64,000 bases of DNA from Candidatus Wildermuthbacteria bacterium. GTDB lineage: Bacteria > Patescibacteriota > Minisyncoccia > Minisyncoccales > UBA10102. The notes below the pieces were generated by a model. It ran no database searches. It was given only the letters and a program-made list of their open reading frames with translations, and was not told where the DNA came from. The position numbers and the translations under genes were made by a program. Below are positions 9,556 through 19,007 of the stretch, piece by piece; the stretch's first letter is position 1, and each line of letters starts with the position of its first letter. The stretch covers positions 90,470-154,469 of the forward strand of contig JACPMK010000003.1 in NCBI GenBank assembly GCA_016186115.1. Direction: 5' to 3'.

Positions 9556-10818
9556 ATGCAGGCAGTTATTATTGCGGCAGGAGAATCTTCTCGGTTTTGG
9601 CCATTAAATCATATCCATAAAACCCAGACCTATCTTTTGGGCAAGCCCATTATCTATTGGACATTGAAGGGTTTTGCAGAACACGGCATTCAAGATATTG
9701 TAATTGTGTGTCGCCCAAACTCTTCGATGCAAGAACTTCTGGAAAAAGAAAATGATCTTGGGGTGAGGATTTCTTTCGTTGTGCAGCAGGAACCTTTGGG
9801 AACGGGCAATGCCTTGTGGCAGGCGAAAGAATTAATCACAAAACCTTTTTATGTCTGCTGGCCAAATAAAGTGAATGCCGGAGAAATTATACATTTGATG
9901 GAGGAAAAACGAAAGGCAGGGGCGCAAGGAGTTCTGGTTGGAGGTTACACTGCAACCCCCTGGGATTACGGGATATTTCGTTGCGAAAATGATCGCATGG
10001 TTGAAATCGTAGAAAATCCTTTGCCTGGCAAGGAGCCATCAAATATCAAAATGCTTGGGCTGATGTATTTTGAGCGGGACTTTTTCAATTATTATGAGAA
10101 GCTGCCGGAGCATCACGAGGCCGACTTTATTGACGCAATCAATGCATACAGCAGAGAAAAACGGATATCCTTTGTGGCGCTTTCTGATGAGGCGCCCGCA
10201 CTAAAATATCCGTGGGAATTATTTGTGCTTTCTGATATTTTATTTAGGTCTTCGCTATTTTTTCCTGCTATTGCTCCAAGCGCGACCATTGGCAAGAACG
10301 TAATTATTGATGGCATGGTTCGTATTGGGGAGCATACGATTATCCACGACAGTACCATTATTACGGGCCCTTGTTTTATCGGCCCCGATTGCGAAATTGG
10401 ATACAGCAATGTGTTGCGGGGGCCGGTGGATTTGGAGCGGGGAGTAAAAACCGGAGCATACATGGAAATAAAACATAGCATTGTACAGGAAGGAACCCAT
10501 TTTCACTCCGGATTTCTTGGGGATTGTCTTGTTGGGAAAAACTGCCGATTCGGCGCTGGGTTTATTGCTGCGAATCGTCGTATGGATCGAGGTTCCATTG
10601 CTGTTTCGATAAAAGGGAAAAAGGTTGATACCGGACTGGATTTTTTTGGCGCCGCAATTGGCGAGGCAAGCCGTTTTGGCATTCACTCGGGAACAATGCC
10701 CGGAGTGCTGATAGGATCTCATTGTGTCATAGGGCCGGGCACCCATGTATTTGACAATATTCCAGACAATACTTCTGTGGTAACGAAATTTGCGAATGAG
10801 GAAAAGGAAATACCCTGA
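9556..10818 (+). CDS. glmU: Bifunctional sugar-1-phosphate nucleotidyltransferase/acetyltransferase (archaeal-type GlmU-like)
   Basis: IAAGESSRFWPL, QQEPLGTGNAL, YPWEL, hexapeptide LbH repeats with ANRRMD...KVDTG. Confidence 0.82.
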   Translation: MQAVIIAAGESSRFWPLNHIHKTQTYLLGKPIIYWTLKGFAEHGIQDIVIVCRPNSSMQELLEKENDLGVRISFVVQQEPLGTGNALWQAKELITKPFYVCWPNKVNAGEIIHLMEEKRKAGAQGVLVGGYTATPWDYGIFRCENDRMVEIVENPLPGKEPSNIKMLGLMYFERDFFNYYEKLPEHHEADFIDAINAYSREKRISFVALSDEAPALKYPWELFVLSDILFRSSLFFPAIAPSATIGKNVIIDGMVRIGEHTIIHDSTIITGPCFIGPDCEIGYSNVLRGPVDLERGVKTGAYMEIKHSIVQEGTHFHSGFLGDCLVGKNCRFGAGFIAANRRMDRGSIAVSIKGKKVDTGLDFFGAAIGEASRFGIHSGTMPGVLIGSHCVIGPGTHVFDNIPDNTSVVTKFANEEKEIP

Positions 10819-10825
10819 AGACCAT

Positions 10826-11425
10826 ATGGAAATCTGGCGTGTTCCCAAAAAGACAGGGAAAGCATTTGTTGCAAAAATTGTTCATGGGCTCGAGAAAGGC
10901 AAAGTGTTTGTGCTTCCTACTGATACGGTATATGGTTTGGTTGCCGACGCAGCAAATAGCGAGGCAGTGGAGAAAGTATTCCAGATCAAGGGGCGGGAGC
11001 CGGGCAAACCTCTCCCTATTTTTGTGGAGGATATTGCAATGGCAAAGGAATTAGCCGATATTAAAGAAAAGGAAGAGCGATTTTTGCAGAAAGTTTGGCC
11101 GGGTAAAGTAACCGTTGTTTTGCCAAGTAACAATATACTACCTCAAGCAACTGGAACCGCGCGAACCATTGGTTTGCGCATTCCTTCCTATGATTTGATT
11201 CTTTCTATTTTACGAATATTTCCAAGACCTCTCACCGGCACCTCGGCAAATCTTGCGGGCACCCCGTCGTTGCGCGACAGCAAAGATGTTGTTGCGCAAT
11301 TTAAAAAGCGGGAACATCGGCCGGATATCGTTATCGATGCCGGAAAACTTCCTCTTTCTTTGCCCTCCACCGTGATTGATTGGACGGGAGGGAAGCAGAA
11401 AGTATTAAGACAAGGCGCTCTATGA
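10826..11425 (+). CDS. tsaC: L-threonylcarbamoyladenylate synthase (Sua5/YrdC)
   Basis: PTDTVYGL, IKGR, WPG, TSANLAG, PSTVID. Confidence 0.95.
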   Translation: MEIWRVPKKTGKAFVAKIVHGLEKGKVFVLPTDTVYGLVADAANSEAVEKVFQIKGREPGKPLPIFVEDIAMAKELADIKEKEERFLQKVWPGKVTVVLPSNNILPQATGTARTIGLRIPSYDLILSILRIFPRPLTGTSANLAGTPSLRDSKDVVAQFKKREHRPDIVIDAGKLPLSLPSTVIDWTGGKQKVLRQGAL

Positions 11426-11442
11426 TCCGATAATTTTACAAC

Positions 11443-12684
11443 ATGAACATTTCAAATATTCGCAAAACAGATGCAAAAGTGGCAAATCTTGTACTCAAGG
11501 AAGAGAAGCGCCAGCGGGAGGGGATGGAACTTATTGCTTCTGAAAACTATGTATCCAAAGCCGTTCTTGAGGCCTTGGGTTCTGTATTTACCAACAAATA
11601 TTCAGAAGGGTATCCGGGGAAAAGATATTATGGGGGGCAACGCTTTACTGATGCTGTTGAAACATTGGCCATACAGAGAGCTCAAAGACTTTTTGGAGCG
11701 GAACATGTAAACGTGCAGCCACTTTCTGGTGCTCCTGCAAATATGATTGTGTATAGCGCACTTTTGAAACCAGGGGATAAGGTATTAGGAATGGATCTTT
11801 CGCACGGCGGGCACTTAACACACGGGCATCCCGTTACATTATCTGCCAAAATCTATACATTTATCCGCTACAAAACAAAAGCTGACGGCCTCATTGACTA
11901 CCAAGAGCTTGAGGAAACAGCTCAGAAAGAGAAGCCAAAACTAATGCTTGCAGGGTTTTCTGCTTACACGAGGCAAATTGATTGCAAGAGGTTTTGTGAT
12001 ATTGCCAAAAGAGTAGGGGCCATATCAATGTTCGATATGGCACATATTGCAGGGCTTATCGCGGGAAAGGCGCTCCCCAATCCCGTTCCTTACTTTGATG
12101 TATTAACTACAACGACGCACAAAACGTTGCGCGGTCCGAGGGGAGGAATGATTCTCTGCAAGAAAGAATTTGCTCAGCAGATAGATAAAGCATGTTTTCC
12201 AGGGTTCCAAGGAGGCCCGCATATGAACAACATTGCGGCAAAGGCAGTTGCGTTTCAGGAGGCGTTGCGGCCGTCTTTCCGCGCCTATGCCAAACAAATT
12301 CTAAAAAATGCCAAAGTTTTAGAACTGGAGTTGAAAAAACACGGGTTCAAAATCATGTTTGGCAGAACGGATAACCATATGGTGTTGGTGGATGTATTTG
12401 GATCAAAAGGAGTTACGGGGAAAGAAGCAGAAACAATTCTGGATGAGATCGGAATTACTATAAACAAAAACATGATTCCTGATGATCCCAGGGGTCCAAT
12501 GGATCCTAGCGGTGTTCGTATTGGAGTTCCAGCGATAACTACGAGAGGGATGAAAGAAAAAGAGATAAAACAAATTGCAGAGTGGATCAATGCGGCAATT
12601 GAGAATCGTGCAAACAAAAAGATAATAGCGAGATTGCATGGGGAAGTTATAATGCTATGTAAGAAGTTTCCTCTTCCTTGTTAA
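11443..12684 (+). CDS. glyA: Serine hydroxymethyltransferase
   Basis: LIASENY, YSEGYPGKRYYGG, HGGHLTHG, TTTTHKTLRGPRGG. Confidence 0.98.
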   Translation: MNISNIRKTDAKVANLVLKEEKRQREGMELIASENYVSKAVLEALGSVFTNKYSEGYPGKRYYGGQRFTDAVETLAIQRAQRLFGAEHVNVQPLSGAPANMIVYSALLKPGDKVLGMDLSHGGHLTHGHPVTLSAKIYTFIRYKTKADGLIDYQELEETAQKEKPKLMLAGFSAYTRQIDCKRFCDIAKRVGAISMFDMAHIAGLIAGKALPNPVPYFDVLTTTTHKTLRGPRGGMILCKKEFAQQIDKACFPGFQGGPHMNNIAAKAVAFQEALRPSFRAYAKQILKNAKVLELELKKHGFKIMFGRTDNHMVLVDVFGSKGVTGKEAETILDEIGITINKNMIPDDPRGPMDPSGVRIGVPAITTRGMKEKEIKQIAEWINAAIENRANKKIIARLHGEVIMLCKKFPLPC

Positions 12685-12690
12685 TATCCC

Positions 12691-13515
12691 ATGGCAGAAC
12701 TACTTTCAGGAGAGCGAATCGCAAAAGAAATATTGGAGCAGTTGAAAGCAGAAATTACCCCAAATACATTGGGGATTTCTGTTGTCCAAGTGGGGAAAAA
12801 CACCGTATCTGAAAGCTATATCCAAAAAAAGAAAAAAGCGGCGGAAGATTTGGGAATTCGCTTTTTCCTGTATCGTTTTCCGGAAATCATTAAGAAAGAA
12901 GAATTGCGGGATGGTCTCGAAAAGATTCTCGAAAGTTCAAGGACTGGCGGCATGATTATTCAGCTTCCTCTCCCTTCGCATCTTCCGATGCAGGAGATTC
13001 TGGATTTGATTCCTATCTCTCGGGATATCGATATTTTATCGTCCGAAGCATTTGGAAAATTTGCATTAGGTAGTTTACCTATCCTTCCGCCTACCGTAGG
13101 GGCGATTTCCTCCTTGTTTAAGGCGTATAAAATTTCTGTCGCAGGAAAAAGGGTTGCTATTGTGGGAACCGGCCGATTAGTAGGATTGCCTGTTGCCCTA
13201 TGGCTTATGCGCGCAAAAGCCACTGTGTCGGCTTTAAACAGCTTTACCCCCCGCATCAGCCAGTTTACAAAACAAGCAGATATTATTATTTCAGGAACGG
13301 GCAAGCGGGGAATCATCAAAGGGAATATGATTAAACAAGGGGCTATCCTCGTTGATGCCGGTACGAGCGTGGAAGGGGGAGCAGCAAAGGGCGATGTGGA
13401 TTTCAAGAGCGTTTCTCGGAAGGCAGCAGCAATCACTCCTGTTCCCGGAGGCATCGGGCCTCTCACGGTCGCCTGTCTTTTAAAAAATCTCGTTGTGCTG
13501 TCGCAAACCAAATAG
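12691..13515 (+). CDS. folD: Methylenetetrahydrofolate dehydrogenase/cyclohydrolase
   Basis: IQLPLP, GRLVGLP, GDVDF, ITPVPGGIGPLTVACL. Confidence 0.95.
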   Translation: MAELLSGERIAKEILEQLKAEITPNTLGISVVQVGKNTVSESYIQKKKKAAEDLGIRFFLYRFPEIIKKEELRDGLEKILESSRTGGMIIQLPLPSHLPMQEILDLIPISRDIDILSSEAFGKFALGSLPILPPTVGAISSLFKAYKISVAGKRVAIVGTGRLVGLPVALWLMRAKATVSALNSFTPRISQFTKQADIIISGTGKRGIIKGNMIKQGAILVDAGTSVEGGAAKGDVDFKSVSRKAAAITPVPGGIGPLTVACLLKNLVVLSQTK

Positions 13516-13516
13516 T

Positions 13517-14065
13517 ATGTTGATCGACCCCTTTTTTGTTGCGATCACAAAAAATTTTCTTTTGCATTTGAATTGGGTGAAACTGCCTCTTGCATTTGCC
13601 GCAGATTACAGCGGATACCTCATCATTTTTATTGTTTGTATTCTGCTGGTGAGAAATTTTCAAAAGTATAAGATCATGCTTTGGCAGATGATTGCTGCCG
13701 TAGTTCTCTCGCGTGGGATTATCACCGAGATCATTCGATTTATTTGGCATCGCGATCGCCCTTTTGTCGTAGAACATTTTTTGCCTATTATTAATCATCC
13801 TGAACTTTCTGGTTCATTTCCTTCGGGGCATGCTGCATTTTATTTTGCAATTGCCACCGTTGTATACTTTTACAATAAAAAAATAGGAGTAGTGCTTTTA
13901 CTCCTTAGTTTTGTAATGGGTTTGGGAAGAGTTTTTGCCGGAGTCCACTGGTTTTCTGATATTCTCGCGGGAGCCGCAATCGGAATCCTCTGCGCTTGGT
14001 TTATAAAGAAGATGTGCCGGGGGAGGGAGTTGAACCCTCACCTCCTTGCGAAGACGGGATTTTGA
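13517..14065 (+). CDS. PAP2 family phosphatase (undecaprenyl-diphosphatase-like)
   Basis: RDRPF, SFPSGHA, GRVFAGVHWFSDI; hydrophobic; 3' end overlaps tRNA-Leu antisense. Confidence 0.9.
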   Translation: MLIDPFFVAITKNFLLHLNWVKLPLAFAADYSGYLIIFIVCILLVRNFQKYKIMLWQMIAAVVLSRGIITEIIRFIWHRDRPFVVEHFLPIINHPELSGSFPSGHAAFYFAIATVVYFYNKKIGVVLLLLSFVMGLGRVFAGVHWFSDILAGAAIGILCAWFIKKMCRGRELNPHLLAKTGF

Positions 14066-14098
14066 GTCCCGCGTGTCTGCCAGTTCCACCACCCCGGC
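14015..14098 (-). tRNA. tRNA-Leu(CAA)
   Basis: GCCGGGGTGGTGGAACTGGCAGACACGCGGGACTCAAAATCCCGTCTTCGCAAGGAGGTGAGGGTTCAACTCCCTCCCCCGGCA; long variable arm; CCA not encoded. Confidence 0.97.
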
Positions 14099-14149
14099 AT
14101 ATTTGCATTAAGTTGCTTAGCCCGGCTAAGCAATACGAAGCAAATGCTA

Positions 14150-16252
14150 TTATACGGCAGGTTCGGGCTTTTGTAAACTTTCTGCTTTTGAGTTTTTGCA
14201 TGCGGGATTGGAGCATTTGATCTGCTTTCGCTTTGTTTCCACAAGCAAAGAGCCGCATTCGGTGCAGGTTTTGTTTATGGGTTTGTCCCACAAAGCAAAA
14301 TCACATTCTGGATAGCGATTGCATCCATAGAAAATTTTTCCCCGCTTGGTGCGTTTGGTAACAATTTCTCCCTTTTGACATTTTGGGCACGAGATGCCAA
14401 GCGAAGTATTTCCGCTGTTTGCAAGCGATTCTGTATATTTGCATCCGGGAAACTTTGTGCAGGCATAGAATTTGCCAAATCTTCCAAGGCGTATCACAAC
14501 CGGCGCGCCGCATTGCGGGCAGAGTTTGTCGGTTACTTCTTGCGCAATTTCTTTTTTCGAAATTTCTTTGTATTTTTGTTCAAGATTCTTGGAGAATGGC
14601 TCATAAAAATTTCGGATCACAGGCACCCATTCCTTTTCGCCCTCGGCAATTTCATCCAGCTCTCCTTCCATTTTTGCGGTAAAATTAATATCAACAATGT
14701 TTTTAAAATGTTGCACGAGAAGATCACTGACGACCTCTCCCATGTCGGTTGGACGAAAACGCTTTTGTTCGTCCTTTTCCACATAGTTGCGTTCCTGAAT
14801 GGTGGAAAGAGTCGGGGCGTAGGTTGAGGGGCGGCCAATGCCATATTTCTCTAACGCTTTTACCAGCGTAGCTTCGGTATAGCGCGGAGGGGGTTCGGTA
14901 AAGTGTTGTGTTGGGATAATTTTTTGCAGTTCAAGCGCCTCGTCTTTCTCCAATGGCGGAAGTTCGGTTTCGGTAAATCTCATGGGATAGACCTTGAGAA
15001 ATCCATCGAAGCGCAAGGTTTGTCCCGAGGATCTGAAGGTATAATTTTTTGCTGCAATATCAACATTGGTTGAATCAAAAATCGCTGGAGACATTTGGCT
15101 TGCGATAAATCGTTGCCAGATGAGATTATAGAGTTTGTATTGCTGCGGATTTATATTATTCTTGAGCGTTTCCGGAGTTTTGTCGGGGTATGCCGGGCGG
15201 ATTGCTTCGTGGGCTTCCTGCGCGCCGCGGGATTTGGTTTTGAACTGCCGCGAAAAGCCGGGCCAATAATTTTGTCCCAACGTATTGATAATGAATTGTT
15301 TTGCGAGAGAAAGGGAGAGTTTGGAAAGGTTGAAAGAATCGGTGCGGTGATAGGTGATAAGTCCGGTTTCATAAAGCTGTTGCGCCGTGGCCATGGTTTG
15401 TTTTGCGGAAAATCGCAAACGCTGCCATGCTTCTTGTTGCAAAGTTGAAGTGGTAAAAGGTGCAAGAGGATTGCGTTTGGTTTCTTTTTTCTCGATATTT
15501 GCTATTTGATACGTTGCTCCCTCGAGTTCCTTGAGGATTTGTTTTGCTTCATTCTCATTTTTTATTCCTAATTTTGGGATTGGTTTTTCATCTTTTGCAA
15601 CAAGCGTTGCGGTAAATTCGTATTGGTCATTTGAAAATTTTCGAAGCATAGCTTCGATGCTCCAATACTCTTCTGGCTCGAATCCGCGGATTTCTCTTTC
15701 CCGTTCCACCACGAGTCGCACCGCAACCGACTGCACTCTTCCGGCAGACAATCCGCGCGCAACTTTTCTCCAGAGAAATGGGGAGAGTTTGTACCCAACC
15801 AAACGGTCGAGTATTCTGCGCGCTTGCTGGGCATCAACAAGGCGGATATCAATGTCTCGCGGATTTTTCAATGCTTCTTCGATTGCCTGCTTTGTAATTT
15901 CATGGAAGACAATTCTTTGAATCGGTTTCGAGTTTCGTGCTTCGGATTTCGAATTTTCCAAGTCAAGGACTTGGGCAAGGTGCCATGAAATTGCTTCCCC
16001 TTCACGGTCTTCATCGGTTGCAAGGATGATTTCATTCGCATTTTTCACCTCATTTTTTAATGCGCTCACCGTTTTTCTTGCTTTGGTGGGAATAATATAT
16101 GCAGGAGCGAAATTGTGCTCAACATCAATGCCGAGCTTTGATTTGGGCAAATCGCGCACATGCCCAAAAGAGGACTCTATTTTGTAGTCCTTGCCAAGAA
16201 ATTGCTGAATTGTTTTTGCTTTGGTGGGGCTTTCAACAATAACGAGTTTCAT
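14150..16252 (-). CDS. topA: DNA topoisomerase I
   Basis: LVIVESPTKAK, ATDEDREGE, SAGRVQS, LITYHRTD, GIGRPSTYA, C-terminal Zn ribbons. Confidence 0.98.
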   Translation of the reverse strand: MKLVIVESPTKAKTIQQFLGKDYKIESSFGHVRDLPKSKLGIDVEHNFAPAYIIPTKARKTVSALKNEVKNANEIILATDEDREGEAISWHLAQVLDLENSKSEARNSKPIQRIVFHEITKQAIEEALKNPRDIDIRLVDAQQARRILDRLVGYKLSPFLWRKVARGLSAGRVQSVAVRLVVEREREIRGFEPEEYWSIEAMLRKFSNDQYEFTATLVAKDEKPIPKLGIKNENEAKQILKELEGATYQIANIEKKETKRNPLAPFTTSTLQQEAWQRLRFSAKQTMATAQQLYETGLITYHRTDSFNLSKLSLSLAKQFIINTLGQNYWPGFSRQFKTKSRGAQEAHEAIRPAYPDKTPETLKNNINPQQYKLYNLIWQRFIASQMSPAIFDSTNVDIAAKNYTFRSSGQTLRFDGFLKVYPMRFTETELPPLEKDEALELQKIIPTQHFTEPPPRYTEATLVKALEKYGIGRPSTYAPTLSTIQERNYVEKDEQKRFRPTDMGEVVSDLLVQHFKNIVDINFTAKMEGELDEIAEGEKEWVPVIRNFYEPFSKNLEQKYKEISKKEIAQEVTDKLCPQCGAPVVIRLGRFGKFYACTKFPGCKYTESLANSGNTSLGISCPKCQKGEIVTKRTKRGKIFYGCNRYPECDFALWDKPINKTCTECGSLLVETKRKQIKCSNPACKNSKAESLQKPEPAV
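15924..15958 (-). repeat. 7-bp-period repeat inside topA
   Basis: + strand GGTTTCG AGTTTCG TGCTTCG GATTTCG AATTTTC, encodes ENSKSEARNSKP. Confidence 0.85.
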
Positions 16253-16436
16253 ATACGCTTTGTTCAATCTCATTCAATAACCCTCACAATATAGAATTTC
16301 TTTCGATGGATGTAAAGTATTTGTGGCAGAGTAAAGGGTATTTCCCTTATGGTATCACAGCGCGTGGTGAATAAAAAATTTGACTCATCTTTAAGATTGT
16401 AATACATTGGAAGTAAGATCTTCATGGAGGTGGGAC

Positions 16437-16802
16437 TTGGAGATTTCGGTTGCTGAAAAACAAAAACTGGAGATTCATGGTGCGGAAGGGAAAATTTCCA
16501 TATGCGGCACCAGAAGAGCAGCAGAGGCACGCGCCGGTTTTTACTGGGAAGTGGATTGGACTATTTTTGGTTCTCCCGGTATACTCAACTTTGGATTTGA
16601 TACCCCGCCCTGTAGCGAGAAGCAGACCCTTCGGGAAGCGTTAGAGCTCCAGCATAGCTGGTTGCGTTGGTTGCAAGGCGCTACGGTCCGCGATGCAACG
16701 ATTGATGCGCTATACAATTGGTTTGCGGGGCGATTCAGATCAGATGGGGTAGGGACGTCGCAGCCCATCTTTCCTCAAGTAGATCTTTTACATATTGCAT
16801 AG
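16437..16802 (+). CDS. Hypothetical protein
   Basis: GGAGGT 5 nt before TTG at 16437, upstream TTGACT, hairpin GGCGAGG..CCTCGTC after the stop; no recognised motif. Confidence 0.5.
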   Translation: MEISVAEKQKLEIHGAEGKISICGTRRAAEARAGFYWEVDWTIFGSPGILNFGFDTPPCSEKQTLREALELQHSWLRWLQGATVRDATIDALYNWFAGRFRSDGVGTSQPIFPQVDLLHIA

Positions 16803-16835
16803 GCGAGGGCGCGTTCCTCGTCTCGATCTTTGCCG

Positions 16836-18842
16836 TCAGACCTTCTGGTCTGACGGCTTTAATTTTTCCACTGCTTCAGAAAGCATCTGACAGTAAAGAT
16901 TCAAGCCGACGGCATTGACGCTGCCCGATTGTTCCCGTCCAAGAATATTTCCTGCGCCGCGGATTTCCAAGTCGCGCATCGCAATGCGATAGCCAGAACC
17001 TAATTCGCCAGCTTCTTTTAAGGCATCCAATCGCAGTTTCACCTTTTCGCCAAGTTTGCGGGCGCCATACAAGAAATAGGCATAGGCGGTTTTGGCTCCG
17101 CGCCCGATTCGCCCCCGGATTTGATATGCCTGTGCCAGTCCTAGTTTTGTCGCATCATCTGCAATAAGGGTATTTACATTTGGCAGATCAAGGCCATTTT
17201 CAATAATGGTTGTTGCCACAAGCATATCGAATTTCTTTTCTCTAAATTCGTCCACAATGCGAATGAGCGTTTTCTCTTTCATCCTGGCGTGAGCAATGCC
17301 GATTGTTGCACTGGGCACAATTTTTTCCAGATATTTTTTCACCTCTTCAATGGTGCCGATGCGATTGTGCAGATAATATATCTGCCCGCTTCTTTTTAGT
17401 TCTGTTTCAATCGCTTGCTTGATGGTTTTTTCTTTTCTTTGCGCCACAGCAATTTGTACCGGCATTCTTCCGGCAGGGGGCGTATAGATGAGCGAGATAT
17501 TTTTGAGAGAAGAAAGCGCCATGTACAAGGTGCGGGGGATGGGCGTTGCAGAGAGCGAAAGCACATCGAGCGATGCGCGCATTTCTCGCAGTTTTTCTTT
17601 TTGCTTCACGCCAAATCGTTGTTCGTCATCAATTACCAGCAACCCCAAGTTGCGGAATTTTACATCCGAAGAGAGCAATCGATGCGTGCCAATAACCATA
17701 TCGATTTGCCCGTTTTCGATCTGGGAAAGAATTTGTCGCTGTTCTTTTTTGGATTGGAGCCGTGAAAGCAGGGCTATGCGAAAAGGTAGATTTTTGAGCC
17801 GCGATTGAAAATTCTGAAAATGCTGATAGGCGAGAATGGTGGTGGGCGCGAGGAGAGCAGTTTGGTATCCGTTTTCCACGGCCATGACCATGGTCCGCAG
17901 CGCGATTTCAGTTTTCCCAAAGCCAACATCTCCGCACACGATGCGATCCATTGGCCGCGTACCGGATACGTCATGCTTAATGTCTTCAAGCGCTTTCGTT
18001 TGATCCGGCGTTTCCTGATAGGGGAATGTTGCTGTTACTTTTTCTCCGATTTCATTTGTTGCAAGATAGGGAGGCCGCATTGTAACCTCTCTTTTGGCAT
18101 AAAGTTCCAACAATTGTTTTGCCATTTTTTCCACTTCTTCCCATATTCTCTTTTTGGTCTTTTGCCAGAGCAAAGATCCCAGACGGGAAATGTGCGGCTC
18201 GGCAAAGCCAACATAGCGGGAAAGTTTTCTTTCCAGCCCTACTGGTACGAAGAGCTTGTCGCCAGCCGCGTACTCAAGTTCGTAGTATGTAGTATTTGGT
18301 ATCTGGTATTCAGTATGGAGGGATGCTGCGATGCCGGCAAATCGCGCAACGCCATGATCGAGGTGCACGACGTAGTCCCCGGGCTTCAGTCCTTTGAGAT
18401 CAGAAAAAATTCGCTGTGATTTGAGCCGCTTTTTGAGAATTTCTTTTATTTTTTGTTCTTCTCCTTCGGTATAGGATTTTCCTGCTATAGCATGAATATA
18501 TTCTATGGTGTTTCCCTTGAATTCAATTTGGATCGGATGGCTCGTATTGATGGGGAAGATTTCTACGATTCCCCCTCGATGAGCGAATTCTCCTAAATCT
18601 TGCACCTGAAAAACCTTTTCATAACCCAATTCATCGATTCTGCGAAGTAATTGAGTGAGGGGATATGTTTGACCGACTTCAAGAAAAATAACGTTGTCTT
18701 GAAAAAATGGTTGGGTTTTTCGCGCGGCGAGAATTTTTTGCAAATTCTCTTCAAACCAAACATTCCCCTTTTCCAAAAAGTAGGGGGTGATAGCGACGAT
18801 CAATAAATTTTGTACGGTTTTATCGGGATAAGTATATTCCAT
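16836..18842 (-). CDS. mfd: Short transcription-repair coupling factor (Mfd-like)
   Basis: GEFAHRGGIVEIFP, PGDYVVHLDHG (RID), CGDVGFGKTE, DDEQRFGV, SATPIPRTL, QIRGRIGR, DLEIRGAGNILG. Confidence 0.93.
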   Translation of the reverse strand: MEYTYPDKTVQNLLIVAITPYFLEKGNVWFEENLQKILAARKTQPFFQDNVIFLEVGQTYPLTQLLRRIDELGYEKVFQVQDLGEFAHRGGIVEIFPINTSHPIQIEFKGNTIEYIHAIAGKSYTEGEEQKIKEILKKRLKSQRIFSDLKGLKPGDYVVHLDHGVARFAGIAASLHTEYQIPNTTYYELEYAAGDKLFVPVGLERKLSRYVGFAEPHISRLGSLLWQKTKKRIWEEVEKMAKQLLELYAKREVTMRPPYLATNEIGEKVTATFPYQETPDQTKALEDIKHDVSGTRPMDRIVCGDVGFGKTEIALRTMVMAVENGYQTALLAPTTILAYQHFQNFQSRLKNLPFRIALLSRLQSKKEQRQILSQIENGQIDMVIGTHRLLSSDVKFRNLGLLVIDDEQRFGVKQKEKLREMRASLDVLSLSATPIPRTLYMALSSLKNISLIYTPPAGRMPVQIAVAQRKEKTIKQAIETELKRSGQIYYLHNRIGTIEEVKKYLEKIVPSATIGIAHARMKEKTLIRIVDEFREKKFDMLVATTIIENGLDLPNVNTLIADDATKLGLAQAYQIRGRIGRGAKTAYAYFLYGARKLGEKVKLRLDALKEAGELGSGYRIAMRDLEIRGAGNILGREQSGSVNAVGLNLYCQMLSEAVEKLKPSDQKV
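18284..18318 (-). repeat. 7-bp-period repeat inside mfd
   Basis: + strand AGTATGT AGTATTT GGTATCT GGTATTC AGTATGG, encodes HTEYQIPNTTY. Confidence 0.85.
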
Positions 18843-18878
18843 CCACAATCCATATATAAAACAATCTTTCGAATTTTC

Positions 18879-18920
18879 AAAGAGAGCCGAGGATGCATTG
18901 AATCATCCTCGGCTCTCTTT
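18879..18920. terminator. Perfect 17-bp hairpin, probable intrinsic terminator
   Basis: AAAGAGAGCCGAGGATG-8 nt-CATCCTCGGCTCTCTTT. Confidence 0.7.
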
Positions 18921-18970
18921 TTGTATACTGATCTCATCTTCTTACTTATACACATCGCTAAGGAGATATG

Positions 18971-19007
18971 AAGGATATGAAGGAAGTCAAACTTCCTTCA
19001 TATCCTT
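18971..19007. repeat. Perfect 17-bp inverted repeat at the pth stop, built from 9-mer GATATGAAG units
   Basis: AAGGATATGAAGGAAGT-CAA-ACTTCCTTCATATCCTT. Confidence 0.8.
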
